A stretch of DNA of 64,000 nucleotides from Hydrolagus affinis (GCA_012026655.1 JAAILG010000002.1:186001-250000), one strand, 5' to 3'. Numbered from the stretch's first letter, positions 36,195 to 49,215 are shown. Made by a program: numbers and translations. Notes: a model not told the origin generated them from the letters alone.

Positions 36195-37921
36195 ATGAGG
36201 TGATAAGGGCGAGAGAATGGACCTATGTGCCATCTTGAAAGAGTTGCTGCCTCCTCCTCCTCCTCCCATATCAAACTCTTCTGCATTCCATTCTACATTC
36301 CACAATTTCTTGCTGAGAATGACGTTTACACACAGTAGTTAGCTATTAAGGCCATATTGTGTTCGCTTCTCTTCCTGAAGGCGACTGAGAATTAAAAAGC
36401 ACCAATTTCGTGTATAAAAAAATATACAAGTCAACTATCCATCCAGACCCCCTTATAGAAAACCATACAGCTACTAGAATGTCACCCCTATCGTGTGTTT
36501 TATCGTGTAAATGTTCAGCCTGCAAACCAATTTTCAAAACTAATGAGAATATGGAGTGTTTAAAAGGCTGCGCAGACTGAGGCTGTGGCTCGTAGACTTT
36601 CTAAATGTAATTTCACATTTCCCTCCCGAGGAAGTCAGCGCACATCCCCTACTTCAGGTTACATGAGAAAAATGACCTCTGGAGGGGGGATGCGGATTGG
36701 AGGTTCACGCATAAAGTGCTTGAGGAATAGAGTGGTACCATAAATTAGATAATATTTCCACTTGCCTGGTTAGAGCCTCTCAAGTTTGAAAGGGTAGCCA
36801 CGGCTGCCTAAAGGAAGATACCACCTCTTCCAAATGTAAACTACCACTACATTAAACTAAAAGGCTCAGCACATGTGCGGTGAATGAAATTCGGGGTTAC
36901 GTGACAGTGATAGGCACAAAACGCAAGATGTGCCACGGAAAATATCGATTTCCAAACTCCAGATGTCACATTGTTGAAAATCGCCTGGGTGATTTTAATG
37001 CTTATTACATGTAGCAAATGAGACGATAAGAAGTCTTAACTATCTTAGGGCTAACGCATTATGTACAGCATCACCCGGTGAACATACGAGATCTGCACAC
37101 ATCACTAGCCTGGTTTACTGCAGGATGCCAGTAGCCACTGTGCCATTAAGCAATGTAAAAGTGCTGCAATCTTAATGCATTTTCTCCATGGTAACTCTTG
37201 ATTGGCCAGCGAGTAAAATTATTTCTCCCCCTTGGGAGCGAAGGAGGATTTATTGGAAATGGTCACATTCTCTGAACAGCAAGCAGCAATTCCACCAGCT
37301 GATTGTATTTTGAGCTCCCTGCCTGTGTTATTTGAGCCCACGTTTAATTATTGGATTTCTTACCAGGGAGAAGTCAAGCCATTCAGATTTACATCAGTAT
37401 CTATTTGTGTATCATTCGATTGCTCAGATTGAATTGCGGCAAATGCAAGCATAAAACAACATCGCTTAGAAAAGGCACCAGTAGCCTTACATTCAAGTTA
37501 GTGGGAAACTGAACCATCTTGGCATACCAACATCATCAACTCACAGTATCCATTGCCAGGATTGCTTTTTGGCCTAATAGACCTATTTCGGTTAACTGCT
37601 TCAATGAGGTTAATGCTTGTTTTATGCAACGCGTTTGATGGGAAAAAAAAAGAAATGGTCATTTGTTCCACACTCTCCTTAAGGGGTGGGGGGGTGGGGG
37701 CGGGGTGCATTTCTAGCGAGTTAAAGGCCTGAATGTCTAAGAATAGTTTGCAAACACCTATCAAACTTTAGCACGCTAGCCAATTGGTGAGTCACAAAGC
37801 TTCGTCTGATACCTCCTTCTCGGTTCTGAAATAAATAAAACATGTACAGGGAAATGCAATCTGTTCATATTACTGATCATGCGATTGTGCAATGTTTGGT
37901 TTACAAAGCTACAGTGCATTC

Positions 37922-37989
37922 AAGTATAATTATGAATGCATTGAAAGAGTTACAACTATAACTCTTACAATGCATTTATGATTACACTT
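37922..37989. other. 68-nt inverted repeat / hairpin (31-nt arms, 6-nt loop)
   Basis: Arms 37922-37952 and 37959-37989 are complementary at 27 of 31 positions; two further positions are G-U on the plus strand. Confidence 0.9.
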
Positions 37990-40387
37990 TGTTTTATATT
38001 GTACACACACTCATACAAGCTGTCAGGAATATCATATTTCCTGAAGAAACAGCATGATCATTGAGGAGTCGGTCCTTTTTGTTGTTGAGGTTTTATTACT
38101 CACCGGTGAAAACTGACAAGTAATAAAACTGAACTGAAAGTGCAGATAAAAACTCTGCCCTAATTTATCTCAAAAATGCTGTTTTATGTCGATCAATAGC
38201 ACTTAAGAATTTAAGTGCGAGGTGGAAAGTTGACGAATTTACATCAGCTGGATTTCTGCTGGTGAATTTGAGCTAAACAGTGAAGGAATCTATTGTAAAG
38301 GCAAGATTGGGCCATGGACCAACTGCTAATGTGCAAAATAGTTGTACGCTTTGAAAAGCTGTATCCTGGATTGAAACCTGATGTTGAAAATAAGAGTAGA
38401 TTTCTATTATAAGCTATGAGGCAGACGTGTGTGCTGTGAAAACACAGTTGGGTTAGGTTTCCTATATGCTAAAAAAAAAAGTGAGGAAGAAAATTTGCCA
38501 GGATTGTCATTCTTGATCCCGATTGAAGACATCTTATTCAACGGACAAATGTGGGATTTGGAGTGAGACAGGATTGGGTTTCGATTGCGACAGTTTCCTT
38601 TGGCTAAATATCCCATTGAGAGTTATTATCCAGGCTCAAATTTGAAGAATATCTGCTTGGGTAAGATCCTAGAGTGTTACACACAAGGTTCTATCCGAGC
38701 AGTAGTCCCTGGCTTGTAGAGAGGAAAGCTTAGAGCACAGGAAACTACAGAACTGGAAAAGAAGATTGCAGTCTATGTGGCCAATGCCAAGATATATGTG
38801 CCTTTATTCCTTTCTCTCTCTCGTATGCTGGGGATCAATTTCTTTGCCACTGAATTCTCTCTTGAATTTCCAGACACTATCTAGCTGCCGATCTGATCAG
38901 AATGATGCTGAAATATAATGCGAGGGTGAAGAGGTCTCTTCCTCCTGCTGGTCACTGCTGATAATATAGCAGAGAAAATAAAACACAATTCAAACTCTGA
39001 CTGGACAAATGCTTATCCAGTTCCCATTAAATTTATAATTCCTGTTGAGAATTCAATAAAGGCCATTATGACGCATGTGGTTTGCAGACTATTTAAACCC
39101 TAACAAGTTAGCTGCTGGTTGAACTTAATTTGGAAAGCAAATTATGCAAAACAGCAATTCATGCATAAATGAAATTTATCCATGATTTTGTTAGCGAGGT
39201 TTGAACAAATTCATTTTATGAAAGGCATAACAACCAGAACTGAATCATCACCACAAAACATGAATATAATACATCAGCTGGCAACATTTTGGGACATTTG
39301 CTGCACTGTTGTGGTTTCTACATACAGTATATTTTTTAAAAACTCGAGTAAACTCAAGTTTTATCTCACAGTGAACAATCAATTGAACAACGTTGAAGCT
39401 CGCTGAAAGCTGACAAGCTCACAAATTAAGCTTCTATTTATCTTGAATAATAGTTTGCTCTGGCCTAATAAATCTGCTTTAATCAATTAGTTGAAAGTTG
39501 GTAACTATTGACCTTGTCATCCATATTAAATTTGCAAATCTTTGCATTTTACTGTTAATTTTGAGGGACATTACTTGCAGCATGAAGAGGTTTTACAAAG
39601 TAAAATGGCAATCACACTGGTAAGCATTATGAGACACAACACATAAAGGCAAGTTGTTGTTTTGACTTAAATTGTGATAGCAAGATACAAGAATTATTTA
39701 CCAGAATTTCACAAAGATCCATGCCATTCTATACCCAATATAGTCTACATTATCCTATTGCTTAATTCAATAGTTATCACAAGATGCTATTTATATGTAT
39801 CTATGGGTGAGAATTTTTTTTGAAATCTGCATTTTTAAATGTTCGCCTACCTGCAGAAGAATTGGAACACCTCATATTTCGCTGCACTTTACTGTTGAGA
39901 TATGTTTGTTTAGTTAGTTTTTGGTATTTATTTGTATCTTAATTAGAAATGTGTAAGTTATCAAAGTTCGCAAACATTCAATGTGCGGAAGCATACGTTT
40001 GAATTTCTAAAATAGGAATATGCAAATATATACATTCTTTGGGAAATTTGAGAATTACATATTTCCCATCGTGAAATTTGGTAATAATTATAGAAAATAG
40101 ACCCCATTGACTGCTACATCATTAAAAGGCTTATACCCAACAGGCATTTCATACATCATCATTTCACCCACCCCAGTAGAAAATATGTAATTTCCATTGA
40201 ACTGAACAGGCTATAACATTGATTACTTCATGGCTCTTATCCTGCTACTTACATAGTAACGTACTGTTTCTGCTCATCTGGAAGATTTTTTGTACTTCAC
40301 GATGGTACAAATACAAGCCAGGATGAGTACAACCATCATTACTGTGAGCCAGCTCTCTGTTTCCTCAAGAGCCAGTTTTATATTTTC

Positions 40388-41770
40388 CCAGTAAGCGTAC
40401 AACTTGCCAATAACAATGGATTCTCCCTTGTGAAATAACTGCAGCCATATTTCACTGCAATTTCACAACACTTCTTCTTTGCATTTCAGCATCCGCCCAT
40501 TAAAACTAAGCTGTGTCTCAGAGATAGCAAGCTTGGCTTGATGCAACTCATAAATCTCAGTCAAGCTTGAGATTTGCGACTCAAAATTCTTGCAATATCA
40601 ACTGCACCCAGAAGCCACGCAGTTCCAAGCTCAGCTTTGGATATACAACTGCCTTTTAATATTAAAAAAAAACTTGGATTGTTTCAAAATGAGTTGACTT
40701 CAGTGCCAACATTCTGGGATTTGTACTATTTCTTGTCAATGTGGCTGTATTGTCAGATACAGGGATTATGTACACTCCGCAGGATGGTCCACACACATTG
40801 TGTTGCCTGGATAGTGTTACAATAAAACAGTGGAGATGATACACTTTTGATTATTGTTTATGCCCTGCTTTGCTATACAAATCAGCTACGAAAATTCAAT
40901 GTATTATTTCCGATGACTGTGGAGTTCTACTGATCTTGAATAATATCCACTTTCCCATAATAGGATCATATTTACAGTTAGTCTACGATGACTATTTTCT
41001 TCTACTTGTAGTACATGCCTGTAGCTTCTGGTAAAATGGTTCAATTTCCAGTATTTTGAGAGATCTTTTACACTGACACTGACACTGCAGGCAACATCAA
41101 GGATGTGTTTGCTGACAATTAGCTATTAGAGGCACTTCTTTCTCAAGTCCCAGCACATGTGTGCAATGTTGCACATTTTTTGACTTTTTTGGACATTGGC
41201 TTGAATCATGGGGATTCATGCTGTGAGTTGCAAATGTGAATTTCGCAATTAAATACAAACTGGAAGTGGCAATCAATGTAAATCTAATTTGCAAATACCA
41301 CACATTAGGTTCTGTTGTCTGCTTTCCCACTCAATTTTCCTTTTGAGCCCATTATATTTTCTCCTAAAGTTCAGTCACTGGTTTATTTACTGTGCCTTGT
41401 TTCCTGGACATCTCAGCTCAGGCTTGTATTTGTTGTTGAGCCTCGGGTTGTTTTTGATCAGTCTTGAACTCAGCTGTTGGATTTACTGTCAAGTGTAGGT
41501 TCGGCCTGCCTTGATTTGCTGTCAAGTTTCAACCTTGTTTGTTGAATTCATCATTGAATTTTGACCTGAGGTTTTTCGCTCTCCTTCATTGATGCAAGAA
41601 CAAGGGTAATATCAGATTTTAGTTTGGTGAGACCTATTGAATCCAGCACTGACAGTTCATCCTTAATTTGGTTTATTTTACTCTCTGGTATTTTTTTAAA
41701 ATGTGGTTTTCTTTTGACTTCATCAAATGTTAGCGCTTTTATTTTGGTCACACGGTTACCGATTGACAAT
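40388..41770 (-). mobile_element. Probable decayed non-LTR retrotransposon 5' half (ORF1-like region plus APE endonuclease)
   Basis: 40597-40388 reads YCKNFESQISSLTEIYELHQAKLAISETQL...*NCSEIWLQLFHKGESIVIGKLY (APE SETWL and ExxWxxL...IGxxY motifs). Upstream is a K/E/Q-rich broken frame and a Cys/His cluster. Confidence 0.5.
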
Positions 41771-44700
41771 CACAGATTCTGGGCAATAATCTCTATCAAT
41801 CAATCACATCCTCAGACAATCGTCACAAAGGACTTGTGCAAGAATTTATTTACAAGACCTCTATCCCTGATGGGAAGCTAAGCATGTTTACCAACTGTGT
41901 ATCCTGGCAGAGCATTTCACTCATGAAAAGTGCTCTGTATTCTATTCAGCAGAGCTACAAAGAGAGATCCTGGATCACACAGTGGAGCTCAGTAAATAAA
42001 GCAATGTAATTGCGAAGCTGACTAGTCTCCTCAGTGTTAAGCATAGTGTTTGCCAATCAGCGGGCGAGATGGTTGAGGAAAACTTTCTTTGGGAATAGTT
42101 ATAAACACAGTATTGCAATTGGCGTTGGGCAATTATTGATTCAAATGCTGCGGTTCCACAATTGCATCACGGAACAGCTCACATTGTGAAATTTGGAGAA
42201 TAGGAGAAAAAGAAAAGCAATTTTTCAGTTCACAGAGTAAGAATCAAATGCTAATCTGGTTTAATCACTCATAAAAATACATCATGTATATACGGATATC
42301 CAAAGAACTTGCCCAAATAATCGCACAAAACAATCAAAGGTGATCAGCCTGCGTTTAATACATTGTTTCTAGTGAAAGCCGTGAAGTGAGGATTAGATAT
42401 TATAGCAATTGACTGAAAACCTGACATCACTCACACAAGTGGGAATTTTACCTCCCAGAGTGAAACAGAAGTTATCATCAATCCTAGTTATTACCACGTG
42501 TACATTTTGGCTGTTCTTTGAACCTTGATGGATTCCAATTTGATATAGACATGTTCCTCCTGAATGCTAAAGAAATATAATGAAGGTAGGGTAGTGAATA
42601 ATTTGTACTACATGGCACTGTAATGAAGAAAAATGCTTTGAAGCTAATGATATGTGTACCCAATCACACAAAAAAAGCTAAAGCCACCACGCACTAACAA
42701 ACAATGGTACTGTACTTAGTTTTCATACTCACAGTCCTCAACTCTCAGTACACAAGGATAACTTTAACAATGTGCAAGCCCAGTGGACAATATGCGTATA
42801 TATAAACCAGTGCTGTAAACATAGATGGATAAAAGATCACGAGAAGGGTTCAGATTAGACATCCCTGAACCCATTAGATCTCATCCTGGTATAATACTCA
42901 CTCTACAGAATCAAGAAAGATTGGGTACCCTGCATAAGATGGTTCTGTGTTACTTTTCATATCATTTCTAACGGAGTAGCTTTCCATTATGGAACAATCT
43001 TGAGTAAGTTTCACAGCTTTCATCAGATGGATATTCCAGCATAGATATGTATCTGCTGGAGCTGCAGTAGATGTGTACATTTTGAGGGAGGAATGTTTCC
43101 ATTCTGTATTGCTGTCCAGGTGGCTTAACGGTTTTGACTAAAGTCAGAAATGTGGGAATGATAACATGAAAGGATATTAAAGATCCCAGGAGAGGAGTGA
43201 GTTTTGTCCAGTGCCTTGGCCAAGAGTCTTTCATGTTAGCGACATCATTCACCTCGTGGCTTTTTGTTAGATGGGAAGTTTGTCAACAGCTACAGTCAGT
43301 ACAATTAAATGAAATTACCTGTAAAGCACTTTGAATCATATTCCAAAATGCCTTGATGCAAAGCCCATATAACAATACAAATTGCAACAGCACCCTTCAG
43401 CTCGGATGACCAAAGAATGAACGGGAACACGAAGCAGTGAGGAAAGAAAGAATTTACAGGTAGGGGCGAGACAGTTTCCCAAGGAGAAAGGATTTAAGGT
43501 GCTCGCAAATCGTTGAAGCGATTGCTTGGGGGAGTGCACTTATTCAAAAAAAAGTCATGCATTTTTGCAGAGCCAATTTTGCAAAGTATGTTTACTGATG
43601 TTTGGTCACTGTGACTTGGAATGATGTAGCCATTAAGGTTCAGTACCTTTTCATTATCTCTTGCCAATTTCATTCTTGCTTTGTGCTTCGTTTGCCTGAG
43701 CACAGGATGTTCCTGATAAACAGGCATTCCTGATAAATACTGGATCCAATTGCAACTGACAGTTTTATTTAATGTGCACTGATCAGCGAATAGCACTTGT
43801 TTAGACTCCCGAGTTTATATGTGCTTCAGTGAAGATTAAACCTACTTATTTAGCACCATTGGTGTACAGCTGGAATGCAGAGCTCTGTTATCTTATAATT
43901 GAGAGGGCACCACTTAACCCAGGAGGTGTAATGGACCCCAGTCCTATCATGAGCCGAGGATGCACGGATACAAGGTATTTGCATGAAATGTGTATCCATT
44001 GTAAAGACATTTTACTCTTATCGCAGCGAATAAACAGAGTCTGCCCCCTCTCCCTCTCTCCCTCAAATACACGCCGATTTCCTCCTCTCATCTGAAAATG
44101 TTTGAATTGCCACCAAAAGCAGACGACACCAGACTGCAAAGAGATTTTACGTCTTAGGAGCTGCTAAGTTTAAATGACTATTACGATTTTATATTTGTGT
44201 ACATTGATTTTTATCTGATGTCCTGTAAGTGGGGCAGATCTATTTCAATGTAGAAACTAACTTGTTTCCCATCAGTTGCAGCAAAGAGGTCTAAGAAACA
44301 ACAAATCCATTGTTCGTGAATGGACAGAACAGGATTGAAACATGCTTTCCCCCTACATTAGTAATCCATTTAAGAAAATGGATAATACTGTATATTAACA
44401 GCAGAACAGATATTCAGGGCATATTTGATGTTCGAAATTAAATAAAATTGTAAAATAAGCACCAAGGTGACACTAAAGAAGCAAAGAAGACAATGTTTAT
44501 ATGCAATTGAAGAAACTAGGTAATTCCAAGACTTACATTCATGGCAGATCATAACCTCACTTCTTTCGACACAGAAATACTGTATAGCCAAACATGCAAA
44601 TTTAGCTACTTCACAATGTTTTTGTTTTGTGCAGACTTGACCTGTCCTTGATTAATTGAGATGTCTTGGTAATTTCCGTCAGATAAGAAACAACTCGCAC

Positions 44701-46604
44701 AATGATCAAATGCGTTTACCTATGGAAACTTGTGGGTCCCAAGTAAATAGTGGAAGCGACTTCCTAACTAGAGACTTACATCTTACATAAAATATTAACA
44801 CTTCCATGAATGAAAGCATCGAGAGGCATTGCCAACAGAAGGTTAAAGTTTCACCTTGCCATTTAATAATGATAAATTGTTTTTCAGCCTTTAGATTTCA
44901 TTTATGGAATGCAGGATTTATAGTTGAAATTCCTCTTTAATACTAGCTCTCTCACAAAAATCCACGAAGCCTTATACAGTACATATATTGCATTTGGCAG
45001 GAAATATCACACCAGTGTTGGAACAAAAGGTTACTGTCAGTTGTGTCCATGCTTGTTACTGCACTTCAAGAAACTTCTGTCCATAAAAGACATTATATAT
45101 GTGGTTGTCAAGGTCTAGCATGAAGAGATTTCCAAAGGGATTCATAACCAAGAAAACCAGAAATATGTTGAATCAACTTGCAAAGTACTGTACTTTTTGA
45201 TTGGAGTTCCCATGAGCTGGGACCGTGTTCGTCAGGTTAATGAAAGAATTGTCAACTTGGTTTCCTTTCAAGGAAGTCCATTGGAAATTGCCACATAGTG
45301 TACTATATTGAACCTCAAGGTCTAAAATGACACACAAAGGCAGCACACTACCATTTAATACAGTGCTATGGGCCTCAGTTACATCAAGAACCTTGAACAT
45401 ATGAAACGTTTGGCTTCCAAACAGAGCATTAAAGTCAGATTTGGAATTTACGATGACAGATTTGAGCAACACGGTTTTTAAACTGCAGATGTTTTGTTAT
45501 TTTTTATTTAAAACCCAGAGGATTTTACAGAGAATCCACAAACATTGACTCATTTCATTAAAAAAAAAGCAAACCACATGATCATAAGTAAGAGCATAAC
45601 AATACCAAAAAATGTTAAATATAACAAATAAACCAGCATTTAGTCACGACTTGTAAATAATATCAACATAAGTTCTGCATCAGTTATTCAAACTAAAACA
45701 AGCTATGCATATTTGATGTCATAATTTCTACAATATACCCCAGTTCGTGAAAGGTGTAACGATCAGGACTGAGAGTAGAATTACCAAGATGTGCAAGTGA
45801 CGTAGAATTTTACTCAACCCTTGATTTTCGAAGATGGTGAATCTTCAATGGCTTGATCTTGTTTATTGATCTCTTAAAACAATGTCCAAAGCCAGTGTGT
45901 TCTGTGTTACACACGGTTTCAGGTTTTCATTCAAAACTGAGGTCAATAAGCGCTTTCTAGTTATGATAGCTCCAATTTCAGTTCCAATTAACAGCGAGCT
46001 GAACGGGATCTTCGAGTAGAGTATGCTTTTTTTTAGTTTAGAAGTAAGTTTAGAACAGCAAGGTCATCCTGTTTTTAATTTGTCACACTTCATCATCACT
46101 TTTATATTCAGAACACACCTTTAAATTCTCTGTCTTCATCTTAATGTACTCACAGAGCAAGAGCTGGCTTTATGCCAGCAGTGCTCATCATTTAAATTGT
46201 GCTACAGAGCATTAATTTGGGTTTCTGGGAGAAACTCAAGGAGTATGGGGGGTGGGGAGGGTGTCGTAAACTGTGAAACTTTAGTAAACAATGAATTAGT
46301 AAAATGTTTGCCTACGAAACATAGTCGCTCCACTCGACAGTAAATCTTGAGAAACACTTTGTCCTCCTCACATGAAATATATTATTATTAATAACCCAAT
46401 CATTCATTGGACACTCAAAACTCCATAATGACTTTCCTCAGACCACATTTACAGATACGGTGAATTTACAGCCAAAAAAAGTCATAAATCTAACCAATGA
46501 GACCTTTGATTCAGCTATCATGAGCACTACTGCACTAGGTCAGATTCCCTTTAACAATGGCATAACTGTTACTTTTAGAACTTCTCGTGCAGAGAGTTGT
46601 GAGG

Positions 46605-46985
46605 CTGGCTAGAATTAGAAAGGAGTTTAGGAGGACCTTCTTCATGTGGAGAATGGTGAGATGTTGAACTTTGTTACATTTTTGCTTGTACAAAGTATTT
46701 AAGAGGAAACTGAATGCCTACATGAGGAAGAATGGAGTACATATATAGGAAAGGTGAACACGAGGAATGGAGACTCATGTGTGGAACATAACTACTTGCA
46801 CAATCTATGTGGACTGAATGGCTTGCTTCCATGCTGTATCGTTTCGCCCACTAAATTCACAGTCACTAGACTTTGCAGTATATTCTGTGAAGTGCTTTGA
46901 GTCTTGAAGAATTGTTAAGGCATTGTATCAAATGCAAGGATTATTATTATTATTATTATTATTATATGTAGTTCTATGTAATTCC
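46605..46985 (+). mobile_element. CR1 3' end interrupted by a SINE tail
   Basis: GGAGTTTAGGAGGACCTTCTTCA...TTTAAGAGGAAACTG...GGACTGAATGGCTTGCTTCCATGCTGTA, then after the SINE GTTCTATGTAATTC. Confidence 0.75.
46840..46964 (+). mobile_element. tRNA-SINE 3' fragment nested in the CR1 tail
   Basis: CGTTTCGCCCAC...TATTCTGTGAAGTGCTTTGAG...ATCAAATGCAAGGA(TTA)8. Confidence 0.88.
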
Positions 46986-47175
46986 AAGATGTGTTTTACC
47001 TACTGCTCTATCACAAATATTTCAAGTGAAAACAGTGTTTTGTTCACGTTTTAAACATTGTTCCAGATATTTCCACACATGTTCATTTCATGTTAATATT
47101 TTTTTAGGAAAGGAACTCTGAACTCATTGGTATTCTTTCAGCTCAAGTTTTAGATGAGAACCCCCCCACCCCCCA

Positions 47176-47275
47176 NNNNNNNNNNNNNNNNNNNNNNNNN
47201 NNNNNNNNNNNNNNNNNNNNNNNNNNNNNNNNNNNNNNNNNNNNNNNNNNNNNNNNNNNNNNNNNNNNNNNNNNN
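47176..47275. other. Assembly gap (100 N) flanked by a duplicated 127-bp segment
   Basis: 47048-47174 is repeated at 47276-47402. Confidence 0.95.
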
Positions 47276-48406
47276 GTTTTAAACATTGTTCCAGATATTT
47301 CCACACATGTTCATTTCATGTTAATATTTTTTTAGGAAAGGAACTCTGAACTCATTGGTATTCTTTCAGCTCAAGTTTTAGATGAGAACCCCCCCACCCC
47401 CCTACAATGGATGTTAATTCAGATTCAGAAAATATGAAAATGGAATTCAGGAACCAAATGACACATTTTGCTCCCGCATTAGAATAATGATGGTGACATT
47501 TATAATGTTAGAAAAGGAAGGTACTAACATTAACAATCTAATAGGGATCCAGCAGATTGCCTGGGACCATTTCAAACTTTAATCTGGAAATTATAAAGTG
47601 GACAAAATTGCTCCTAAAGGCAAAAAAACAAAAATCTAGTTGATCAGAGTTGCAGTTCCCTAGTATTAAACTGGAAATAAACTGCAGATTTTGTGCAAGT
47701 AGAACATCTCACCAAAATTGGCTGGAACTGATACATTGTGGAATAAATTACACTCATTGTCTTGTATAAACACAATTTAATCAGACATTATTTGAAAGGG
47801 AGTTAAAATGTGGAAACTGGATGGCAATTACTGAAGTGTCATACTATGATGTGAAAGTAATATCAAGCAGTCAGGTCTATATATTCCATCTGATCATATA
47901 ACCTTGCATCAAAATGACTTCTAAATATATTTTTATATTACCCTCAGAATCCAATATTCAAACCTCAACATCAATAAGACATAAAGCATGTTCAATGATT
48001 ATTTTATTATAAGAATTACATTTGCCCTTTAAAACTGGCTGCATTTAATTTTGAAAATCCTTTAACATAAAATCAATAGTTCCTTGACCTGAATTTCTCC
48101 GTTAACAGTCCCTGATGAGGGGGTTATTGGAGACTTTATAGTGATCGACTAACCACAGTGTCTTAAAAATACAATGAACTTCCAGCATATTGGCTGGATT
48201 TACTAAAAAAAAGTTAGATCAATGAATCTGGCTCGGACTCGATGAAATGAAATATGGGAAGCGCAGGAAATTGATTATTGTGTCACGTTTTGTATTGTTG
48301 TATGAACTAGTATCATACATGGCCGAGTTATGGATGAGTGAAATAGTGAGCTTTCACTTCTGAGCTGCACTGTTTACAACATCATTCAATGCCAAAGGAG
48401 TAAACT

Positions 48407-48466
48407 AATAATAATACAACATTACATTTGTAGAGCGCCTTTCACGTCGGGAGGATGACTCAAGGG
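48407..48466 (-). mobile_element. L2 family-B 3' tail remnant (a second, weaker one at about 48520-48565)
   Basis: ACAACATTACATTTGTAGAGCGCCTTTCACGTCGGGAGGATG. Confidence 0.7.
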
Positions 48467-48587
48467 GTTTTCATTTCAACTTATACTATGACCTTATGAG
48501 AAAGAGTAAAAATAGTGAATAATAATTGTGTTTGATATAGTGTCTTTCATGCCAGGAGGACATCTTTAATAACAATAATACTGTACG

Positions 48588-48735
48588 AATAATAATCCTT
48601 GCATTTCAAATAAAGCCTTATCACTTCTTTGAGACATCTCAATGCGCTTCACAGAATATACTGTAAAGTTAATTGACTTTATATTTTGTGGGCCCAACAT
48701 GGAAGCTCATTTGTGCTCAGCAACTCCCCCACAAA
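48588..48735 (-). mobile_element. tRNA-SINE 3' fragment
   Basis: AATAATAATCCTTGCATTT...GAGACATCTCAATGCGCTTCACAGAATATACTGTAAAG. Confidence 0.88.
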
Positions 48736-48859
48736 AATACCGCTATCAAAATATTGATGTGCATCAGAGAGGTTCGCGACTGGAAAATATTGGTTTAAAT
48801 TGAACTCAAATTATACTGTGACCTTATGAGCAAGAGTTCCAGAGACTTCCCTGTACATC

Positions 48860-49215
48860 AATACAAGAATGGAACTTGACATCCGTTTAAGATGATTAGC
48901 AACGGAGGAATTTTCTTTCAAAACTGAGCTGTTAAGATGTGAATGCCCAGCTGGGTGTGGTGTTAAAAGATGAAATTAGATAGACAACAGGGTGTTGAGG
49001 AAAAATGCTGGTAAATGGGATTTCGCCCACAAATATACAGTCAATTCAATTTACAGTATATTCTGTGAAGCGCTTTGAGACGTCAATAAGATGTGAAAAG
49101 CGCGATATCAAAAATGCAAGGATTATATTATTATTGAATGGATTGCTCTTTTAAAGAGCCAGTGAAGACACAATGAACCAAACATCTGTTTTCCGTCTGG
49201 TAACTTTCTATGGTT
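48860..49215 (+). mobile_element. CR1 3' end interrupted by a SINE tail
   Basis: GGAATTTTCTTT...GCTGTTAAGATGTGAATGC...GAAATTAGATAG...GCTGGTAAATGGGA, then after the SINE GAATGGATTGCTCTTTTAAAGAGCCAGTGAAGACACAATG. Confidence 0.75.
49021..49135 (+). mobile_element. tRNA-SINE 3' fragment nested in CR1
   Basis: TTTCGCCCACAAATATACAGTCAATTCA...GCGCTTTGAGACGTC...TGCAAGGATTATATTATTATT. Confidence 0.92.

Noticed and set aside
37683-37706. G-run tracts (also near 2415, 32420 and 58925) as G-quadruplexes
   Set aside because: Low-complexity runs, some inside repeats; no promoter or CpG-island context.
42985-43060. Minus-strand CTGATGA...GAAA hammerhead-like core beside a small hairpin
   Set aside because: Stem II is essentially absent, and no UH cleavage site sits in register with stems I and III.
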